Assembly (NCBI GenBank): GCA_964016885.1 | Contig: OZ024748.1 | Location: forward strand, 53,878,001-53,942,000 | DNA: 64,000 nucleotides | Source: Eledone cirrhosa | Lineage: Eukaryota | Direction: 5' to 3' | Shown here: positions 56,475 through 64,000 of the stretch, one piece after another | Layout of the letters: each line of letters starts with the position of its first letter | Numbering within the stretch: the stretch's first letter is position 1 | Notes under the pieces: model-generated | The model's database searches: none | Seen by the model: the letters and a program-made list of their open reading frames with translations, nothing else | Told to the model about the DNA's origin: nothing | Position numbers and translations under genes: made by a program

Positions 56475-56870
56475 CACTAACCATTGCAAACATACTACCT
56501 TAAAGTTAAAGTGGTATGGGTTAGCTTTAGGAGGCCCTTCTGACCATAGGAAAAAGAAAACTAGCCTGTGAAAAGTCGCATTAAAACCCAAGCATACATG
56601 GAAAAAAGCAATGTTTCATATATGCGATGGCCAAGTGAATATGCATATTTGTTGGGGTTTTCCTCCCCTAATTTTTTCTCATTTCCCCCTGTTCCTTCCT
56701 CTCATCACTCTTTACTTCCTATTTATCTTCCATTTCTAACTTTATCTTCTGATGAAGGACTAGTCTCCGAAACTTTAAGGTTCTCTTCCTGCTATTTCAA
56801 GCGTTAAACTAATATATATCTTTCATGTACTGTGCTGTTTGTTTTATTATTTTCCTTCTTACTTTTACAT
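56475..56870 (+). mobile_element. Older PLE 3' remnant with hammerhead at 56745-56780
   Basis: tcttCTGATGAaggactagtctccGAAActttaagg; downstream flank homologous to 55831-55920; degenerate EALLTI-like coding upstream. Confidence 0.65.
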
Positions 56871-56972
56871 ACAAATATATATATAAATACTGAAGTAAAA
56901 GTTAAGTGGAAATATCCAAGAGTAAGAGCACTCAGTCAATAGGACGAGTTTAGCATATTACAATAATTACAA

Positions 56973-57020
56973 CAGGTACTCAAGTTTAGTTGGGTTCTGG
57001 GCCCCAATTTCTTCAGGCTG
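56973..57020 (-). ncRNA. Degenerate hammerhead motif (GAAA changed to TAAA)
   Basis: CAGc-CTGAAGA-..TTGGG/CCCAA..-TAAA-CTTGAG-TA-cCTG. Confidence 0.45.
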
Positions 57021-57166
57021 AATTATTTATATATATATATATATATTACAATGAACATGTAAAGTCATACGTATATATATATATATATATATAATACAAT
57101 GAACATGTAAAGTCATACGTATATATATATATATATATACACGTATGACTCTACATGTTCATTGTA

Positions 57167-57205
<39 letters not shown>

Positions 57206-57554
57206 TACACGTATGACTTTACATGTTCATTGTAATAGACGTGTGTATGTGTAAACTTTGATTTAATCGAAACCAAAAACAAAACCAATTCAAAAACAAA
57301 CAAAAGACAAAATCCAAAAATCAGTTTTAAAAAAAACAACCCCACAAAAACTTTCAAATACAAAAAATCAAAAACCAATAATAAACGCAAATTTCAAAGA
57401 AAAGAAAATTGACTAGTAACGCCCCCTACACACAACACACTAAATAAAAACCAACACACTAATCTGTTATTTCCGGTGATCTGATATTTTACCTGAAAGT
57501 AAACCTTTACTTCATTGCAATACTATTGTCTTCATCATGCTCCTGGCCTTCACA

Positions 57555-58380
57555 TTGCTGCTGTTGTTGTTGTTGTTGTTGTTGTTGTTGTGATGGTGTA
57601 ATAGTGGTGGTGGTGTAGCGTAGGTGGTGGTGTGGTAGTGGCGTACTGGTGGTAGTGGAGGTGGCGGTGTGGTGGTGGTGGTGGTGTAGTGTAGTAGTGG
57701 TGGTGTGGTAGTGGCGTACTGGTGGTAGTGGAGGTGGCGGTGTGGTGGTGGTGGTGGTGTAGTGTAGTAGTGGTGGTGTGGTAGTGGTGTACTGGTGGTA
57801 GTGGAGGTGGTGGTGTGGTGGTAGTGGAGGTGGTGGTGGTGTAGTGGAGGTGGTGGTGTGGTAGTGGTGGTAGTGGAGGTGGTGGTGTGGTAGTGGTGGT
57901 GGTGTAGTGGAGGTGGTGGTGTGATGGTGGTGGTGTAGTGGAGGTGGTGGTGGTGTAGTAGTGGTTGTGGTGTGGTAGTGGTCGTAGTGGAGGTGGTGGT
58001 GTGATAGTGGTTGTGGTGTAGTGGTGGTGGTGTGGTAGTGGTGGTAGTGGAGGTGGTGGTGGTGGTGTGATAGTGGTTGTGGTGTAGTGGAGGTGGTGGT
58101 GTGGTAGTGGTGGTAGTGGAGGTGGTAGTGTGGTGGTGGTAGTGGAGGTAGTGGTGGTGTAGTAGTGGTGGTGTGGTAGTGGAGTTGGTGGTGGTGTAGT
58201 AGTGTGGTAGTAGTGGTGGTAGTGGTGGTGCTGCTGTTGGTGTTGTGGTGGTAGTGTTGGTTCTGCAGCTGTTGTTGTTGTTGTTGTGGTGGTGGTGATG
58301 TTATTGTAATGGTACTGATGGTAGCATTGTGGTGGTGTAGGGGTGGGAGTGGTGGTGTTGTGGTGGTGGTGGTGTTGCTA
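57555..58380. repeat. (GTT)n/(GGT/AGT)n array
   Basis: Direct reading. Confidence 0.9.
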
Positions 58381-58548
58381 CACACACACCAAGGCATGGA
58401 TACACACACACACACACGCATGATAAACCCACTCACTAACACACATACAATCACACACACAGAAACAGACTACATCTATATGACACGTACACACACAGAT
58501 AAGCACATGCATACTCATATATATGCACATTCAAATACACACACAAAA

Positions 58549-58596
<48 letters not shown>

Positions 58597-58994
58597 ATTA
58601 GAAGAAAGAAGAATACTGCGTGGTTTGCACATGGGTTACATATGATAAACATAGTCCTTCGTCAGTGATTTGCCAACCATCATTGGTATTTCATCGCATT
58701 AAAAATCAGATACCTCAGGTTGGTGCGAGCAATAACTAAAAAATGTTATTGGGACCAGTAATCGCGTAAAGCGAGGGGGACAAGTGAACAACATAGAAGG
58801 ATAAAAACAAACCGAAGATAGGAAAATAAACAAGCAACATGGTTGTCCTGGTCAGCATAAGCTGGGTGGATTTCATGAGCGATTAGTACAGACGTCCGAT
58901 GTGAGTGAGATGGAAGCAAGAAAAGACCCACTGTTAGCCAAACGGGAGGAAGTGAGAAGGGGAGAAACAGAGAGTGAGTGGGTGGAAGTGCCAT

Positions 58995-59374
58995 ATCATC
59001 ATCCTCATCGTTTAACGTCTATCTTCCACGCTAGCATGGGTTTAGATTAGATGGGTTGTCCTGTTGTGGGCAGTGTCCGGTTGGCTGACCTTGTCTTGCT
59101 CATACGGGAACTGATTCTGGCTTGATTTCTACAAATTGATGCCCTTCCTTACACCGACCTCGTTGGGTGCTTTTTGCCGTGGCACCTCCACCACCACTTT
59201 GCACTGGAATGATAGGGAACCCAGTCCCTATCATCTCATTTCTACAGCTGAGTAAACTGGGGCAATGTGAAATAAAGTGTCTTGCTCAAGGAAACAACAC
59301 ATCATCCGGTATAAGAATTGAACTCACAACCTTTCGATTGCAAGCCCAATGCTCTAATAACTAAGCCATGTGCC
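58995..59374 (-). mobile_element. SINE family B, tail type 2
   Basis: Family B head and body with cccatgctagcgtggaag tail. Confidence 0.88.
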
Positions 59375-59376
59375 TT

Positions 59377-59468
<92 letters not shown>

Positions 59469-59867
59469 CATAAACACATGTAACCCGATACATATATTAT
59501 CTTACACAGACACATTCTCACACACCTGCATATACACACACACACCGCTACTTATACATACACTCTAAAAGTCATGACATCACCATTGACATTTGAAACG
59601 ATAAAAGACAGAAGTGTTATATTTCTTTGTTACACTTGGAATGGAGTGTGAGCGGTGGAGCGTGAGTGTGAGTAGGGGGTGGAGTGTGACAGGTAGGGGT
59701 CATATGTGGTGGAGTGTGTGAGGTTCAGTGCATGTCTGAGTGTGAGGTAGTGTGTGTGTGTGTGTGTTTGTCTGAATTGGAGATATAGTGTGAGGATGAG
59801 TAAGAAGTAGATGTGAGTTGGACCTTGAGTATGAATGGTATGGAGTGGAGTGTAAGTTAGAGTGGCA

Positions 59868-60440
59868 TGGTCAGGTGATGGTTTAAACTGGACAACACAA
59901 CCTAGTGGACTATATTAAAGTGACCAATGGTCAGGTGATGGTTTAAACTGGACAACACAACCTAGTGGACTATATTAAAGTGACCAATGGTCAGGTGATG
60001 GTTTAAACTGGACAACACAACCTAGTGGACTATATTAAAGTGACCAATGGTCAGGTGATGGTTTAAACTGGACAACACAACCTAGTGGACTATATTAAAG
60101 TGACCAATGGTCAGCTGATAGTTTAAACTGGACAGCACAACCTAGTGGACTATATTAAAGTGACCAATGGTCAGGTGATGGTTTAAACTGGACAACACAA
60201 CCTAGTGGACTATATTAAAGTGATCAATGGTCAGGTGATGGTTTAAACTGGGCAGCACTGTTCACTTTCCTGGCATTTGTACATTATTCTATATACTATG
60301 TATGCACCTTTGATGAGTTGTAATGCACCTGAGCACTGTACACAATAATTTTCGTTATTATTATTATTATTATCAACACAACCTAATGGACTCTTAATGT
60401 GACCCAATGACCAGGTGGTGGTTTGAACTGGACAACACAT
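59868..60440. repeat. 60-bp tandem repeat (about 6.5 + 1 copies) interrupted by a 115-bp (TTA)n-tailed insertion at 60259-60373
   Basis: Successive 60-nt lines are nearly identical; the unit resumes at caacacaacct after the tail. Confidence 0.92.
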
Positions 60441-60622
60441 AACTGTATCTTATTTCATTGTCCTGAGAATGAGGGAAATGAACTACATAAGTCTTCTGCA
60501 CACTTTGTTGTAAATTCAAATGACTGCAGGGTCAATTTACAGCTTTCATCGTTCATACTTATCTTTGTGAGAGTGGTCCATAAAATCAGTACCAGTTATA
60601 TACTAGGGTAAAATAAAGTAGT

Positions 60623-60852
60623 GATCATCATCATCATCATCATACGTCCGCTTTTCCCTGCTTGCAAGGGTTGGACGGATCCTATTCAGCACAGCATCTC
60701 TCCACCCATCACGGTTCTTCGTCATCTCCTCCGTGAGTTTCAGCGATCTGAGGTCTGCTCTCACCACCTCCGCCCAGGTTTTTCGTGGTCTACCTCTACT
60801 GCGTCTTCCCTCTACTGGGACTTCCTGGCACTTCTTCACCCATCGGTCATCC
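60623..60852 (-). mobile_element. RTE LINE 3' end, tail type 1
   Basis: VEGRRSRGRPRKTWAEVVRADL...NRDGWR running into ccttgcaagcagggaaaagcggacgta(tga)n. Confidence 0.9.
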
Positions 60853-61989
60853 TATATACTATATGTTACCACAAATAAAGAGTTTGTGATAATGTATGTA
60901 AGACATCTTTGTGGTTGTGACATTGTGTGTGATAGAATAGAAATATGTTTTTACTAATTCATTTCATTTTTTTAAACTGATAACATAAAAAATATAACTT
61001 TTTGAACCTGCTTAAATCAAATTTACTTTTTACTCTTGCAAAACAAAAGGTCCCTTCAGTTGTGTCATATACATGACAGCCTCTCCTACTTATATATGTC
61101 TAACAACCTTCCATCATAACTTTTTGTCAAGACCTTTGTTAAATTATGTTCCAACCACAAGCTTAATGAGGAGAAAATTATATTTAGAAATTTTTCATGT
61201 AGGTTTTTTTTTTTCCTCATCTAATTTTTCTTGGACTATATCATCTGATGTGCACTTCCAGTTTTTCTGAAAGATTGTAGTGTGATTTGAAGGTATTTGA
61301 CTACTACTTTTAGCAGGTTGAGACATCATGTAAAGGCTGCTTTATTGGCTTGTGATGTTGATGGTGATGATGGCAAAAACAGTTAGTAATGGTGTTGGTG
61401 GTTGTGTGATATTAGTGGTGATAAGGTGGTGTTAGGGGTGCTGGTGATGTAATAATGTTCGTGTTAGGGGTGGTGTCAATGGTGATAATGTGTTGGTTGG
61501 TAGGGTGGTGTTAGTGGTGGCAATGGTGATGGAAGCAGTGGTAAGGTGGTGGTGGTGGCAATGGTGATGTTAGTGGTAGCAATGGTGATGGTAAGGTGGT
61601 GGTGGTGGTGGCAATGATGGTGTTAGTGGTAGCAATGGTGATGGAAGCAGTGGTAAGGTGGTGGTGGTGGTGGTGGTGTAGTGTTTGCTAACAGAAAGAC
61701 TTAAGGAAATAATTTCTCTTACAGCTCCACCCAACACCCTTCCTCCTTACACCCCCTCTCTCTCTCTCTCTCTCTTACATATAAACACAACACCCTTCCT
61801 ACTCTCTCTCTCTCTCTTTCCCTACTCTCTCCCCTTCTCTCCCTACCCCTACTCTCTCCCCTCCCTTACTCATAAAACCTGCCATTGGCATTACCTGTTT
61901 TTATATTCAATATAATAACTACTCCCTGGTTCTCTTAACCAGCTGCTCTCCACTCATATTAGTTCCACCCCACCCCTCAGTCATTGTCC

Positions 61990-62091
61990 ATCTCTCTCTC
62001 TCTATATATATATATATATAGCATACAGATATATATAGTGTATATATATATTATATATCTGGCATATATATCGCTCTCTCTATATATATAG

Positions 62092-62134
<43 letters not shown>

Positions 62135-62347
62135 CATATATATATATTATATATGTGGCATATATATACATATATATGACATGTATATATATATATATAT
62201 ATATACATGTCATATATATGACATATGTATAAATGTGTGTATATATATATATATGTATATATATATATACATATATATATGTATATATATATATATACAT
62301 ATATATATGTATATATATATATATATATACACATATATATATATATG

Positions 62348-62414
<67 letters not shown>

Positions 62415-63030
62415 GTATATATATATATATATATACACATATATATATATATGTATGTATGTATATAATACACCTCTCAATCATTCTCTTTCCTCTCCCT
62501 CTCTCTATCTCTCTCGCTTTCCTCTCCTTCTCTCTCTCCTCTCCCTCTCTCTCTCCTTCTCTCTCTCCTCTCCCTCTCTCTCTCCTCTCCCTCTCTCTCT
62601 CTCTCCCTTCTCTCCCTCTCTCTCCTTCTCTCCCTCCTCTCCTCTCATCTCCCTCTCTCCCCCTCCTCTCCCCTCTCTCTCCCCTCTCCTCTTCCCTCTT
62701 TCCCCCCTCTTTCTCCCCTCTCTCTCCCCTCTCTCTCCCCTATCTTCTCTCTTCTCTCTCCTATCTTCTCTGTTCTCTCTCCTATCTTCTCTGTTCTCTC
62801 TCCTCTCTCTCTCCCTCTCTCCTCTCGTCTCTTCCTCTCCTCTCTCTTCCTCTCTCTCTTCCTCTCCTCTCTCTTCCTCTCCTCTCTCTTCCTCTCCTCT
62901 CTCTTCCTCTCCTCTCTCCCTCTCCTCTCTCTCCCTTTCCTATCTCTCCCGCTCCTCCCACTCCCTCTCCTCCTCTCCTCTCTCTCTCCTCTCTCCCCTC
63001 TCTCCCTCTCTCCTCCCTCTCCTCTCTCTT
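61990..63030. repeat. (TA)n followed by a 550-bp polypyrimidine (CT) tract
   Basis: Direct reading. Confidence 0.95.
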
Positions 63031-63227
63031 GTACCTTCATAATTTACAAAGTAATTCAAACATAGCTAATAGAGAAGCACCAGCTGGTATCTACAGCTAT
63101 TTACGTTCAATTGTTTTTCTTGGTGTTCATTAGAGATTTAATTTTGCTGCTGTTGTTATTGTCTTTGTTGCAGTCATCATTATTTCTCTTTTAATTGCTT
63201 AAAAACAAGTAAAATTAGAAACTGGTT

Positions 63228-63645
63228 GAGGATTGACACAATCGGTAGAGCACTGAAGAAAATGCTTTGCTGCATTTTGTTCTGTCTCTTTATGTTCTGA
63301 GTTCATATCTAGCTGAGGTCAACTTTGTCTTTCATTTTCCCAGGGGAGGATAAAATAAAGTAGTAGTCACGTACTGGGGTTGATGTAATTAACGTTGTAT
63401 TTCATCTCCCAGGGTTGATAAAATAAAGTACCAGTCAAGTACTGGGGTTGATGCAATTAACATTGTATTTCATCTCCCAGGGTTGATAAAATAAAGTAGC
63501 AGTCAAGTACTGGGGTTGATGTAATTAACGTTGTATTTCATCTCCCAGGGTTGATAAAATAAAGTAGCAGTCAAGTACTGGGGTTGATGTAATTAACGTT
63601 GTATTTCATCTCCCAGGGTTGATAAAATAAAGTAGCAGTCACGTT
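63228..63645 (+). mobile_element. SINE family A with its core tandemly amplified (about 68 bp, 5 times)
   Basis: gataaaataaagta recurs about every 68 bp after a tRNA-like head. Confidence 0.85.
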
Positions 63646-63714
63646 AAAAGGTTAAGGTTTTCTTGTTATAGATTCTTTTTTCTTGCTCATTCTTGAAGGT
63701 ATTACAACAAACAC

Positions 63715-64000
63715 TGCCACAACTATAACCAGCACCACAACTAAAACCAACACCACAACTAAAACCAGCACCACAACTAAAACCAACACCACAACTAAAA
63801 CCAACACCACAACTAAAACCAACACCACCACTAAAACCAACACCACAACTACAACCACCAACACCACTACAACCACCAACACCACAACTAAAACCACCAA
63901 CACCACTACAACCACCAACACCACAACTAAAACCAGCACCACAACTAAAACCAACACCACAACTAAAACCAGCACCACAACTAAAACCAGCACCACAACT
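63715..64000. repeat. 18-bp (aaaaccaacaccacaact)n repeat
   Basis: Direct reading. Confidence 0.92.

Noticed and set aside
57460-57590. Poly-Q + CEGQEHDEDNSIAMK* or the nearby tttcAG/GTaaaa as an exon
   Set aside because: The upstream ORF is pure microsatellite, all frames stop, and the splice signal is ambiguous.

Overview
Repeat-saturated, AT-rich eukaryotic non-coding DNA. The SINE families and microsatellite make-up suggest a coleoid cephalopod such as Octopus; this is an inference. I find no convincing host protein-coding gene, and nearly all listed ORFs are translated microsatellites. The window holds (TA)n, (CA)n, (GA)n, (GGT)n and pentamer arrays, several minisatellites, two abundant tRNA-headed SINE families, fragments of RTE, CR1-group and Tx1-like LINEs, small DNA-transposon remnants, and many Penelope-like element (PLE) remnants embedded in (TA)n. 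The strongest hidden signal is a set of about 11 minimal type-I hammerhead ribozyme motifs from several distinct element families. They cluster at 32.0-32.7 kb and 55.8-57.0 kb, with another pair in an inverted-pLTR PLE at 51.7-52.5 kb. Other notable points are a 49-bp RTE/SINE 3' module that looks like a covarying H-type pseudoknot and has expanded to about 25 copies, one SINE using two alternative RTE tails, Tx1-like insertions in (GATA)n, and repeated fold-back inversions centred on (TA)n. All structures were assigned by eye and none were computed.
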